Of a stretch of 64,000 nt of DNA, positions 30,511-42,300 are shown piece by piece. A program made the translations under genes and the position numbers. The notes beneath the pieces were generated by a model, which saw only the letters and a program-made list of their open reading frames with translations, was not told where the DNA came from and searched no databases. Origin of the DNA: a virus (Duplodnaviria > Caudoviricetes); the IMG/VR virus record IMGVR_UViG_3300013121_000029, positions 133,595-197,594 of that record. One strand, given 5' to 3'. How positions within the stretch are numbered: position 1 is the first letter of the stretch; every line of letters starts with the position of its first letter.

Positions 30511-32454
30511 TTATTTACTATGAATGTTCTGCCATGCTGCTTCAATCACATGATCGCAAACCTCGGCAGGGTTCATGTCAGTTACGTCCATGTTGAGACG
30601 AGTAGCATATCGTGGGGATTGCAGACGACCAGCCGCCTTGATTCGACCAGCTTTCTTCACGAAAGCATCGTTCTCATGGCAACGAGCGTATGCATATTCA
30701 ACACCACCATCTACTTGCTTGAACGCGATAGTAAGACCACCACGGCTAGCGATGCGACCTTTTGCATCCAGGTACCGATCGTGACCAAAGAAAATTTCAC
30801 CAGTGTTACGCATTTTTACTCTCCTCTTTATCAATTTATGAGACTATTATACAGCGTTATTAATCGTTAATCAAGATTAAAAAGTATTAATCATTGTGTT
30901 GGTATTTACTTTGAACTTTCTTACAAAACTCGTGTAGTGTTAGATTAACAAAAGGAATATCATAATATTCAGTAGAATTAGTAATATTATTATATTCTTG
31001 TTGATCAACTACCAATAGATTTCCTCCTTCGTTACAGAATTCTTCTATTTGGGCATCTTTCAACCAACCTTTAAGAGCATGTGCTATATTATCTTCACTA
31101 AGGAAGGAAGGTATACATACCATAGTTTCTCCCTCGTCCGTCCAAATTAATGTGTGTGTACGCTCAGATGGATTATATTCATCCCAACTCTCTGTCCCCA
31201 TTACCATACCAATCGTCCACTCAACAGTGTCAACAAATTCAGATTCTGAAAGGATTCCAGCCTGATATCTAATAATGTTTTTTTGTTTTATAGTTAGTGA
31301 CTTTGTCATGTTATATTCCTTTAGTTTGTTACTGTTGTATTTATAAAAAAATTGTTATCAATTCGAACTTTCAAAATATTGTCAACACTTACAGTTCGAA
31401 TGATAACCTTATTTTCCAACCCACCTTGCTCACCTTCTTGGTGAGGTTTAAGTCCAATAATTTCGCTCTTGTCAATTACTTTGCCGTCAAGCAGATAAGT
31501 AACACGACCAGGAGTAAGAAAAATCAATTCAAGATACATTTTCCCATTGTGTTCAACAAATGGAGTACCAGGAATGCGAGTACCCCAAACGCGTGGACTA
31601 AGTTGAAAACTTTCAGGGTCTTTGCCTTCTTTGATAAGATGGCGTTTAACTTTTTCAGCATAACCATTCTTTTCAAGATTCTGGAAGATCATGCAATTTG
31701 CGCCTTCCATAAGTTTAGTGATACGATCCTTATGAGGATTTTTCTTACCACCCAGTAATTCGGGCTTGGTAAGAGTATCAATGCCGATAAATGTGGCTCC
31801 ATTGATATGTTTCTTAATCTGTTCAGTGAGTTGCATTATTTTCTCCTCTTTATGAGACTATTATACAATAGACGAATGTGTTAATCAAATGTTTTTAATT
31901 TGTTGTTTAACATATGCTTTTTGTTCGTTCGACAATGTGTCAAAACGACCATCGAGGTAGTCCATAATTTCAATTACTTTTTCGTCATATTGAACAGGAC
32001 GATCTGGCATATACTCATCTTCGTCAGTCAAATCTCCACTCAAGATCATTTTGAGTTTGGAGATAACATCAGTAACAGTGACCTCTTTGGCCATCTTTTC
32101 GTAAAACTGTGAATATATACCATCTCGTGTATCAAACACTTCACCACCAAACACTGCCCTGCACAAATCTTCAGGAATACCAGTCCACAATTCAATAGCA
32201 TCATAATGCTTACTTCCATCGAAGGAAGGACACCCTGATTGATTAACAGAGCCACCATCAGCTTGGAATTCAGGGGAAATGGCAATGTAACCTATAGCAC
32301 ATGCAGTACCTTTGCCTTTTTTGAAGTCTGCTTCAGTTTTATGAGCAGGATAATCTTCATTTTCACGATGTTGCCACTCTTCAATATTGAAACGTTTTTT
32401 GTCCATACGGTGAAGAATTTTAATAGCAGTTTGGATTCGTTTGATCTTAAGCAT
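30511..32454 (-). other. four hypothetical CDS (30511-30813, 30887-31309, 31321-31836, 31885-32454)
   Basis: Most have their own TATAAT/GAGGAG cassette. Confidence 0.7.
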
Positions 32455-32499
32455 AGTATTTCTCCTCTTTATACGTCTATTATACAGTAAACATATTTG

Positions 32500-32928
32500 T
32501 TACACAATTATTTCACGATGACCATTCAAGATAACATCTTGAAACTTTACAAGATTTCGTGAATCCATATAAATATTTCCAGAGATTTGTGATTCTCCAC
32601 AAATTACTACCCTACCAGTAATAAATGCATTTCCACCAACAATACTATCATGTGTAATAATTGCATTACCAGTGATAGTTGCATTTCCAAAAATAATAGC
32701 ACCACCTCTTATTTGTGCGTTAAATCTAACATTGGCATTATCTTTTACGACAGCATCATGATAGATCCAAGCACTTCCCTCTAAATTATGATAACCTTGA
32801 ACATACCCACCTAAACTGTCTTTAGGAACTTTGTTTGGTATATCATGAATGGCACGAATACGAAACACTCCTTTTATATGAGGGTGTTCGATATCAGTTA
32901 TTACATATTTTTGTTGTGAAGAAGTCAT
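32500..32928 (-). CDS. left-handed beta-helix (hexapeptide repeat) protein
   Basis: RIRA...LGGYV...NL..SAWI, then NA.V/GNA.I hexapeptide repeats. Confidence 0.75.
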   Translation of the reverse strand: MTSSQQKYVITDIEHPHIKGVFRIRAIHDIPNKVPKDSLGGYVQGYHNLEGSAWIYHDAVVKDNANVRFNAQIRGGAIIFGNATITGNAIITHDSIVGGNAFITGRVVICGESQISGNIYMDSRNLVKFQDVILNGHREIIV

Positions 32929-33077
32929 TGCTCAATTTGTGTTTGAGGATCAGGAACAGGAGCAGGCAGTTTGTTAGTATCTGATGCTCCCCCAATGATC
33001 ATACAAATTACAAATACGGTTATCTCGATCATATAAATTCTCTCTATCATATCTCATTAATACGTTGAAAAAGATTC

Positions 33078-33765
33078 TTACTTAATAACTTTCATTCCTT
33101 CACCAGAAAGCAAAGGGAATATCACGATTTCTTGCAGTCTTTTCACTGTTTTTGCATTGTCGATCTGAGCCAAAAACATAGGACTCTTCTCTTTCCATTT
33201 CCAATTCATGACAGCATCTCGTGCAAATTCACGAGCATCTTCGAGTTCTTTTGGCCAATTATTTTGATTTACAAACTTGGAAAGATCGAATGCTTGATTC
33301 TCATCTTTCGATTTATTCTTCGTCGCAGTCTTCTTCGTCATTGGTATTCCAATCTCCAGTGTTAATAACAATATTACGATTAATTACGAACACGCCATCT
33401 TGCGTTCGTGACACTTCAAAATCACGAGCAAACGTTTCGATTCTCCCCAATTTTTTCGATTCAATAGCCACGTCATCGGTAAGAGCAATGGGAATTACCC
33501 CAATCATTCCTGCATCAACAGGATAATTGTATCCTTCATTGTCTTCAAAACTTCCATCACCAAAAGCTGTGGAAGCGGCAAACAATTCGTGACCCTCATA
33601 GGTACAATATCCTTCAGTACACTCATCAGTATCTGAAATCAAACCAGTCTTATACAAGAAATCCATCCACAACTCATGGTTCTTAGTACCTACTACGTAG
33701 CAAGGATCACCAATATAATATTGGCCAGCTGGCAACATAATAGCAATGTCATTTTTCCTGCTCAT
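33078..33765 (-). other. two hypothetical CDS (33078-33371; 33313-33765 GDPCY/VDAG family)
   Basis: ORF track. Confidence 0.65.
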
Positions 33766-33788
33766 AATATTTCCTCTTTGAGAATCTA

Positions 33789-34529
33789 TTATACATTAGA
33801 ACGAAAATATGTTTCAACGTTAGGACGAATGCGATCATAGTAAACTCGTGCAAGTTGAGTGTTATTCAACTTACACTCCAACATAATATCCACTAGAATC
33901 GAATTGGTAGATTTGTGAAGACGATTAGAAATCAATCCAGCAATTTTCGCTTCCAACACTCGTTCTTCCTTTGACTTAACACTCAACCGCATCCTGCAAC
34001 ACCTGGTTGTCAAAGTTTGTATATTAAGAAACTGTCGCTTAGTAAGCATAATTTTAGTACCACAACCAAGACAATAAGTAGTCTCAGTGCGCTTATTACG
34101 TACAGAAGCGTTAGTTACATCATAACTGTGACAACGCTTGGGATCTTGTCCCATCGTCCTCATGACATGCTTCCACTCAGGGCCATGAGGGGCCAGATGA
34201 CTTCCGTACAACGAATCGGTAACAATATGGCACAATTCGTGTGGAACAGTAGAATGCAAATATTTTTGCTCATTCTCATGATACAAAATTACATTAACTT
34301 TAATTGCATTCTTGTGATAAAATGCTTGACCTCCGATCTGACCACGAAGATCAAATTCCAACGTAGGAATCGGACGAGTGTACTTCGGAAACAGAAGACG
34401 TGCTCGATTATAATAAAATTGGAGTGTTTGACGGATTTTCTGTTCCAATTCAATAGCGCGTTCAGCAGAGACATATTGATTGGGTTGAATGTTATTAATC
34501 GACACTCTATCTCTCCTCAATTTATACAT
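33789..34529 (-). CDS. sprT: SprT-like zinc metalloprotease
   Basis: LRGQIGGQA, HELCH, PHGPEWKHVM, RCHSY, C-terminal Cys ribbon. Confidence 0.85.
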   Translation of the reverse strand: MYKLRRDRVSINNIQPNQYVSAERAIELEQKIRQTLQFYYNRARLLFPKYTRPIPTLEFDLRGQIGGQAFYHKNAIKVNVILYHENEQKYLHSTVPHELCHIVTDSLYGSHLAPHGPEWKHVMRTMGQDPKRCHSYDVTNASVRNKRTETTYCLGCGTKIMLTKRQFLNIQTLTTRCCRMRLSVKSKEERVLEAKIAGLISNRLHKSTNSILVDIMLECKLNNTQLARVYYDRIRPNVETYFRSNV

Positions 34530-34575
34530 CTATTATACATGATCACATATTGTCAATCAAATGTTATAATAAACA

Positions 34576-34603
34576 AAAAAAGGACAGTTAATACTGTCCT
34601 TTT
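34576..34603. terminator. intrinsic terminator
   Basis: AAAAAAGGACAGT-TAAT-ACTGTCCTTTT. Confidence 0.8.
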
Positions 34604-34609
34604 AAATTA

Positions 34610-34668
34610 GGGCACGCACTCTCTGCAAGGGGAGGAGGGAGGAGGGATACCTCACAGAGAGGGTGCAC
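34610..34668 (-). ncRNA. hairpin RNA with CCUCCUCCC (anti-Shine-Dalgarno) loop
   Basis: GC-rich stem closing loop UAUCCCUCCUCCCUCCUCC, directly before terminator. Confidence 0.5.
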
Positions 34669-34673
34669 AACTT

Positions 34674-35180
34674 TTATACTTCTTTCTCTATTGAATATGG
34701 AATTATCTCTGTATTATTGATAATATCATTAATTATACTTAATTGATTTTTTCGTTCAAATTCATCGACTACTAACAATCCGCCATGTATTTTGACATGA
34801 CAATTTCTACACACTGCGACGCATTTTTGCAATTCTTCGAAAGTTTTTGTTAAATTAAACCCTGAAATTATTGAGATTTCAGTTTCTTTTTCTGTCGGAT
34901 CGATGTGATGAAAATCAATAACAGCTGCATATCCTCTTTCGCTACATAACAAACAACCTACTGTTGTTTTAATCTTATTGATTATTTCGGCATTTCTTGT
35001 TCTGTAGTATAAACTACGATTTCTTGTTTTAACTTTATGTTTGAGATGAAACCCCATTGAATCTCGTTTTCTTTTACAGGGTTTACACGTGTGACAATGT
35101 CCCAAATGTTGGGACTTATCTTTAGTAAACTCGGTTAAGTCCTTTTCTTCTTTACATACACTACAAGTTCGTTTTGTCAT
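34674..35180 (-). CDS. HNH endonuclease
   Basis: CSVC..CKPC, DFHHIDP, KCVAVCRNCHVKIH; CTAAATA upstream. Confidence 0.85.
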   Translation of the reverse strand: MTKRTCSVCKEEKDLTEFTKDKSQHLGHCHTCKPCKRKRDSMGFHLKHKVKTRNRSLYYRTRNAEIINKIKTTVGCLLCSERGYAAVIDFHHIDPTEKETEISIISGFNLTKTFEELQKCVAVCRNCHVKIHGGLLVVDEFERKNQLSIINDIINNTEIIPYSIEKEV

Positions 35181-35240
35181 ACATATTCTCGATTATTTCT
35201 TATATTTAGGGGTCGAAATGATCAAGAATACCATTAGATT

Positions 35241-35326
35241 TGGTGAGGAGAGAGGGAATCGAACCCTCACGGACACTGTCCAAAAGTTTTTAAGACTTTT
35301 TCGGCTACCTATTACGACATCCCCTC
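35241..35326 (-). tRNA. tRNA-Leu (UAA)
   Basis: AAAGT-CT TAA AA-ACTTT, variable arm GGAC/GTCC, CCA. Confidence 0.9.
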
Positions 35327-35400
35327 ATAAACTGTTTAAAGAACTTTTTGATTAATCTTCTTAATCAAGACGATTATTATACTCTATTCTTATATACAAT

Positions 35401-36486
35401 TCAACGAGTACTTAGAACTAATGATCCTTCTTGTTTGTAAATTGATTTAATGGAAGAATACACTACTCGCAACAAACTTGGATGTACAGCATTAGAACTG
35501 CCACTTGCCCAACTTACACGAACGATTACTTCACCAGTTGGATTATATTCCAATCCTGTAATAAATCCGACATCAGTAATATCATTGGAAGGACCCAACG
35601 CACTACCAGCTTTAACAACCATCAATCCGATTCTTGCTTCACCAATATTCATTGTTTGCTATCCTGTAGATATTTTGCAATCGCCTCGACAAGTTCTTCT
35701 GCACGATCATCACCTGCTGCACCGAACCCATTAATGGTAAGAACATTTTCTACTTGTTCCCATGCCATATCAACTACTTCACGTTCTTCAGACGTGAGTC
35801 TTGAATATACATCATGTTTTGCCATTATTATATCCTCAATTTATACGACTATTATACATCACTATTAATTGAGGATCAAATGAATTCTACATATGACCTA
35901 ATTTTGTTTGCTTTAACCCATTTTTCAAATTTGGATTTAAGACTGGGAGGCAATGCACCGTCAAGTTCGACACCAGTGCTAGTTACTCGAACCCATACAG
36001 AATGTTCTCCATTGTCAAGATCAAAACGATAATCATCCCCTTCAGATTCCGAAGAATCAAGGAAATCGTAATCAGTACTGTAAATGAAATTGGTAAACTT
36101 TTCAATTACTTTATCTTTGGTAGTAGTCATTCTTCCATACACTCTTGTGAGATAATAACACATTGATTGATCAAATCAACTACTTGAATGAAATCACAAC
36201 CATCTCCGTTACTTTGATCTAAAGCATGAAGCAAATCTTGAACGCTCGCAGTTACTTGTTCTTCATCTTCTTCATCATAACCATAACTATGACAATTCAA
36301 CATATCGATAAGGACTTGACGCAATTTGCCCTTATAACAAAAGGCTTGTACGTCAGTTTCCTCACCTCGACTGTAAATATCAGCCAATACTAACCACGAT
36401 ACTTCAGTATCATTGGTATACTTGCGGAATTCTTCCCGAGTCAAAGTCGGCAATTTGGTTTGTGTTTTGTATTTTTGCTTTGTCAT
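35401..36486 (-). other. small hypothetical CDS (35401-35652, 35876-36163, 36127-36486)
   Basis: ORF track. Confidence 0.6.
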
Positions 36487-37007
36487 TTCTTTTTCACCAG
36501 GTTGTAAAAATAAGTAGTGGCAGCTGCTTGAGACATTTCAAGTTCCTTCGTGAACAATTGGATCATTTCTTTGCGATCCATGTTCGGATTTGCTTTAATT
36601 AGCTCTTTGGCTCTAGCAAGCTTCCACCCTTTCTTTTGTTTGACACTTTTTTCTCCAACAACAGTTGCAACTTTCAGTTTTGAATCTTCTCCAGTTGCGA
36701 ATACATATGGATACTTGCGTTTGAATTCTTTTGCTTTATTCAAACTTGTGTCAAGGATCCAATTTGTATCGACGTTTTCTACGCCCTGTTTGCGTAGACG
36801 AAGACCGTCCTGGATAAGATAATGGTACATGAGCCTTGCCTCATGTACATCCAACACATTGGGTTTGGTGTTGGTGAGACTTTCGATTTGCTCGAGAGTC
36901 TGATTGAGTGACAATTCTTGTTGACCCAATTCAACAATTGCACCAGAAATTGAAAAAGACGGAATGTCGAGTTGTGACAGGTGATCGACAAACTTTTGCG
37001 TTAGCAT
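36483..37007 (-). CDS. protein with C-terminal HTH-like ANP..RK...A.TY domain
   Basis: KLARAKELIKANPNMDRKEMIQLF...MSQAAATTYFY; paralogous to 54974, 55510 and 63100. Confidence 0.7.
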   Translation of the reverse strand: MLTQKFVDHLSQLDIPSFSISGAIVELGQQELSLNQTLEQIESLTNTKPNVLDVHEARLMYHYLIQDGLRLRKQGVENVDTNWILDTSLNKAKEFKRKYPYVFATGEDSKLKVATVVGEKSVKQKKGWKLARAKELIKANPNMDRKEMIQLFTKELEMSQAAATTYFYNLVKKK

Positions 37008-37057
37008 ATTATCTCTCTCAATTTATTCGACTATTATAATACGATTTCAAAAACAGA

Positions 37058-38092
37058 TCAACTATTAATTCGAGTAATCATCCACCCACTAATCAAATGC
37101 ATGGGAGCTTTCATATCAATACCAAGTTGCATCGAAGTTCCAATAACAATTTGATTTTCAACATCAATATCGCTAACTTCAATGATATCATCATTGATAT
37201 GATACGCTACAACAATAACATCAGAGTTACCTGTTACAGCAGAAACCTTTTCGGTCAAAGTATTCATATTACCCCATCTTCTTGTAAAAAATTCGAGGAC
37301 CACTAAACCATGGTGATGTCCATTTACCACGCGAAACAGGCTTAAACGACATAATGTCATAGCCATTTGCATAGAACAATTCATTCAGTTCTTGCATATG
37401 ACTTTCCGTCATATTTACCCCACCTGTTGCTACTTTAATGGTACGTTTTCCATTCTTTCGTGCTTCATTATAGATAGCATTCACCTTATATCCTTTCGAA
37501 ACCATAAATTCACGAAAGGCACGAGTGGGAATAAATTTGGAACCAGTATCAGATTGAAGCCAAAAATTCATTGCTTTCTTAAAGCCTTGTAAATCACACA
37601 AAGCAACAACAACCTTCTTCTTCGTTTGTTTGTCAGTAACGGTTACAGCACCACGATTAGGAACCATTTTAGTGGTAAAACGATCATTAAATGTAGACAT
37701 AATTAATTATCCTCATTAACAGGGAGCTGTCCAATCCTTTTTACACAAAGTTCATCAAGTAGACATTTAATAATGCGTTGTACTGCATAACAAGCATAAT
37801 CGCTACCAGTATAACCGTTTGCTTTAACTACACGATTGATCAACGTTTTTGTTTGCTCTGACACAACCCATCCACCGACTATATTGATATCCTCATCTTC
37901 AATAAACTGTTCGATGGTGTCATAATCATCCAAAGAATAAATTCCTTCTTGCTTTGTCCATTTTGCGATCAACTCGTTATCGAATTCCACATCCATATTA
38001 GGAACAGCAATAAAAGTACAAGGATCTCCGTTACAATCTCCGTCCATTGTACCATCGTGAAGAACTGCGTAAAACTGTGTCATATATCTCAC
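37058..38092 (-). other. three hypothetical CDS
   Basis: ORF track. Confidence 0.6.
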
Positions 38093-38121
38093 CTCAATTT
38101 ATTCAACTATTATACAACATA

Positions 38122-39348
38122 TTACGAAACGGAACAAGTGTCCTTAAATGTTTTTAATCTAAGGACACGTTCTTGATGAATCATATCACCAATCTGCTTT
38201 CCTACAAATCCTTTTTCGATATATTGTTGAGCATCTACCACTCGAACAACCTCAAGTGCATCCTTAAGAAATTGTACTTGTGGGTATTCTCTATTTTCGA
38301 AATTGAGCCTACCTCTTGCATCTGCCTCACAAGCAATCAACATTTGATGAAACAATTCTGTCTTTGCAAACGCATTTGTACGTTGAAACAATTCCAACAT
38401 AGTTTGAGGACGAATCTCCAACGCTCTGTGAACAGTTGTATGATATTCAGCAACATGTTTAGCCATAATGCGGAAATCATTTGGCACTTTCAATCTATCA
38501 CAAACTTGTTCGACAAGTACTACACTACGTTCTTCATGACCATGATGTTTAGGCAGAATTTCTTTTGGAGTGTTTCCTTTACCAAGATCATGTACTAATG
38601 CAGCAAATCTAGTGGCAGGATTGATTGAAAGTTTTTCAGCCATGTCCAACACCATCATTGTATGAATGCCAGTATCAATTTCAGGATGGTGAACAGCAGT
38701 TTGAGGAACACCCCAAAGTGCATCCAATTCTGGAATTAATACTTTCAATGCTCCACATTCACGAAGCACTTCAAAAAAGATTCTTGGTGAAGGACCTTTC
38801 AAAGTCTTTTCGATTTCTTGCCACACACGTTCAGCAGTAAGGTGATCCAATTCACCATCTGCTACCATATCAGACATTAGTTGCATTGTTTCAGGAGCAA
38901 TGGTAAAACCTAATTTATGGAAGCGAGATGCAAAGCGTGCACAACGTAATACACGTAAAGGATCTTCTCGGAAAGCATCTGATGTATGCCGAATTATTTT
39001 GTCATGAATGTCTTGAATGCCACCATAAGGATCAATGTATTGATCGTCTTCTGTCATTGCAATCGAATTGAAACGAAAATCCCTTCTCTCCAAATCTTCT
39101 TCAATTGTTACGTTATCAGTAGTAAACGAGAATGCTTGATGACCTTTTCCGGTGGATCGTTCTTGACGAGCAAGAGCATGCTCTTCACCAAATGAGTCAA
39201 GAAAGACAGGAAAGTCTTTGCCTACAGAAGCAAAGCCTTTTGAGAGCATACTTTCAGGAGTTTCACCCACAACGACCCAATCTCGATCATTACTTGGAAT
39301 GCCGAGAAGTTTGTCGCGCACGAATCCGCCCACAAGAAACTTTTTCAC
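38122..39348 (-). CDS. cca: multifunctional CCA-adding tRNA nucleotidyltransferase with HD domain
   Basis: LVGGFVRDKLLG..DRDWVV, EDLERRD, EDPLRVLR, HHPEIDTG.H, HDLGKG, CEADARGR. Confidence 0.95.
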   Translation of the reverse strand: MKKFLVGGFVRDKLLGIPSNDRDWVVVGETPESMLSKGFASVGKDFPVFLDSFGEEHALARQERSTGKGHQAFSFTTDNVTIEEDLERRDFRFNSIAMTEDDQYIDPYGGIQDIHDKIIRHTSDAFREDPLRVLRCARFASRFHKLGFTIAPETMQLMSDMVADGELDHLTAERVWQEIEKTLKGPSPRIFFEVLRECGALKVLIPELDALWGVPQTAVHHPEIDTGIHTMMVLDMAEKLSINPATRFAALVHDLGKGNTPKEILPKHHGHEERSVVLVEQVCDRLKVPNDFRIMAKHVAEYHTTVHRALEIRPQTMLELFQRTNAFAKTELFHQMLIACEADARGRLNFENREYPQVQFLKDALEVVRVVDAQQYIEKGFVGKQIGDMIHQERVLRLKTFKDTCSVS

Positions 39349-42300
39349 TTACCACCATTAATTATTTGAAATTTTGGTATCGTTTTTTTCTGTCTAATAC
39401 CAGCACGAAGAGTTTTAATAAGATGCTCTCGTTCAGCAATATTTTGTCTCATTTCATCCAACTCACTTTCGTACATAATATGTTCAAGCATGCGAACCTT
39501 ATCATTAAAATTTGCATCACATAAAGTGTCAATCAATAATTGACATTGTTCTGATGAGAAACCAAACGATGTAGTAATAGTCATCTGCATTCCATGTATT
39601 TTTCATAAGAAGTACGAGGTGGAACTTTTAAACGAAGATAAAACTTTACTGGATTTTGGTTACAATACCAACGTTTCCAAAAAAGTCTTTCTTTAAACTT
39701 ATCATATTGTTTAGAACGAATAAACATATCACTTGTTGGAAAAAGGAACAACAATCCAACTGGTTACTTCTGAAATAGGCAAAGTAACTTGTGGAGCATC
39801 TTCTCCACAAGAAGGTTTTCCGATAAAAGTTTTTGTTTTACTATCAACTGACAAAACACGATAAGTCATTCCATTTGCGTTTACAGCAATAATAGTACTT
39901 GTTGGTGCAACGTGTGCGAGTTGAAATATAACAGGAATCATACTTTTTCTCCTACTTTAATGGGAATAACAAAAAGGTATACAGGAATTTCGATTGTTTC
40001 TTGATCACCATCTTTGAATTGAATAGTAATCTTGGTATCAAGATAACACCCTCTAGTTCTTTGAGCACGAATATACTTACAAGGACGATTCTTAAAGAAT
40101 CCTTCATCATCTACCAACATGTCATTATAGTCAACAGAATACGTTGGATTAATCTCTTCATTAAGATCAATCAAATCATAATGACGTTCTTCTTCCTGCA
40201 TCAAACTTACACAGAAATTGCGGAATTTATCTGCCATGTCTACAGAGACAAACGAAATAATTTTGTCGTTCTTACGAGCATTTTGAGACATTGCACCGAT
40301 CAATTCATCATCAAGATACAATGCTTGGAGCCCAACCCAAGTATCAGTGCAGTTCCAACGAACGATCCAGTAGGCAGACACGCGTTTATTAAACGCCTCC
40401 CAACTCCCCCAATCATATTGGAGTCCGACAGCATGAAACAAGTCTTCTGGATCCACAGAAGAACTGTTTTCATTTGTCTTAATTACATTTTTGAGTGCAT
40501 CGATGAGTTTCATATTATCCTCTACTGTATATGACTATTATACAGAGAGTTGAGTGATGGGACTACAATTTACCTTGTTCCTCGTTGTAAGTATTCAACT
40601 AAATTATCTTTACCAATAATTCTCAACTTATTTTCTACCTTACTAATCGCATTCTTATAACAAGTAGCCCACATTGGACGATTACTTTTTCCTTTTGTAA
40701 TAATTAATAACGCACAAATATTCTCACAATCATCATTCGTTGGTGTGGGATTGTTAACAAATTGTTTAACGTCATAAGGCAAAAGATCCCACCTCAATTT
40801 CTCGAGGTAGGAAGAATATTCATATTGATTATTTTTTATCATCATTTAATTTATATCAATAAGATTAAACACATCAGCATATCTACTATCAAGAGGCACT
40901 CGTTCGATCTTATATCTCCAAACTTTAAAACCATGTTGCTTCAATTTGATAATTAGAAGAACCATTCTGTTTGTAAGTTCTTCTTCATCTTGACTATGAG
41001 CAGTCATAAATGTATCATGTTTGGATCGTTCTGGAGTATCTTCTTCACGTTTTTGCATTAACAAATTTGCTAATTTGAAACGACAATTCATTGCGAGAAT
41101 ATTTGCTTCTTCTAACTGTTTATCAAATACTGGTTCGATAGTTACATGACTTTCGAAATACAGAATTTTATTTTCATCTTTCATTTTTATATTATCACTC
41201 AAACTAAATTGTTAATCAATTTTCTTCAATACATACAACCAATCAACTTGTGTTTGACAATTCCCACAATCTAGAGCAGATAGAATAGTTGTTTTTTGGC
41301 TAAGAAAAAGCACTGGAATAACTATTACAAAAAGGATAATTAGTAACCATTTAATTATTGTCATTTTCTGTCCTCTTGTTTGTATAATACAATACATCCA
41401 TGATGATTGTTGATCATTAATGGATCACGCAATGAATGATGAACGTAATGAGGAAGATTTCCTGTTCCGTTATAATGAAGTGTACCAATTTTAACTTTTC
41501 TATTGTATAAAATCAAGTTATCCCTTCCATTCAGCAGTTAATGCAATTCGTGTGATATTGATTATAGATATCACAAACAAGATAAAAGGAATTGCAATAT
41601 ATGATGCATTGTTTTGATATGCTATAAGTAATTGCATAAAAGAAAAGACTAACATTAAGAAAGCAAGAAACATGCTCATGAGTTGTCCACCTTTTCAAAA
41701 TTAACTTTATACACATCGAACTGACTTATATCTTTATTAGTAATTACATAGTGAACAGCCATAATTTTTCCTCTTTAATAATCATCTTCTGAACTTTTAA
41801 AACAATCCATATATTCATTACTAATAAAAATATTAAATGCTAGTGATGGACGAACTTTATGCTCTTTAATGTAATGAGCATAACCTTCAGGCCAACTCCA
41901 ATCACCTCGATGATAAGTAACACTACCATTCATACAGCCACAAATACGACAATTAGACCATCCACGATATGCAGTGTTAGTAGTATCAGGATCTTTTTCC
42001 AAATACGTCAATGCCATTACAAAATTATCATAATCGAAAACCGAAAATGGATCTTCGTTGGGCATAGGAAAGGGTAGGTGAGGTTCTCTATCACTCCACC
42101 AAAATCCTTCTTCATATGAATGCTTCATTTAATGATACCTTTCTCCAGCAATACTTTAACATACTCTGCACTAAAATAGTGATGAATAATTTGTCCACTA
42201 GCGTTAAAGTAATCAACTTCTAACTTACTACTACCATAAGCACAAGCATAACTAGTAACAATCATTTGATGACCGAGATAAGTAAATTCTGTACCGATTC

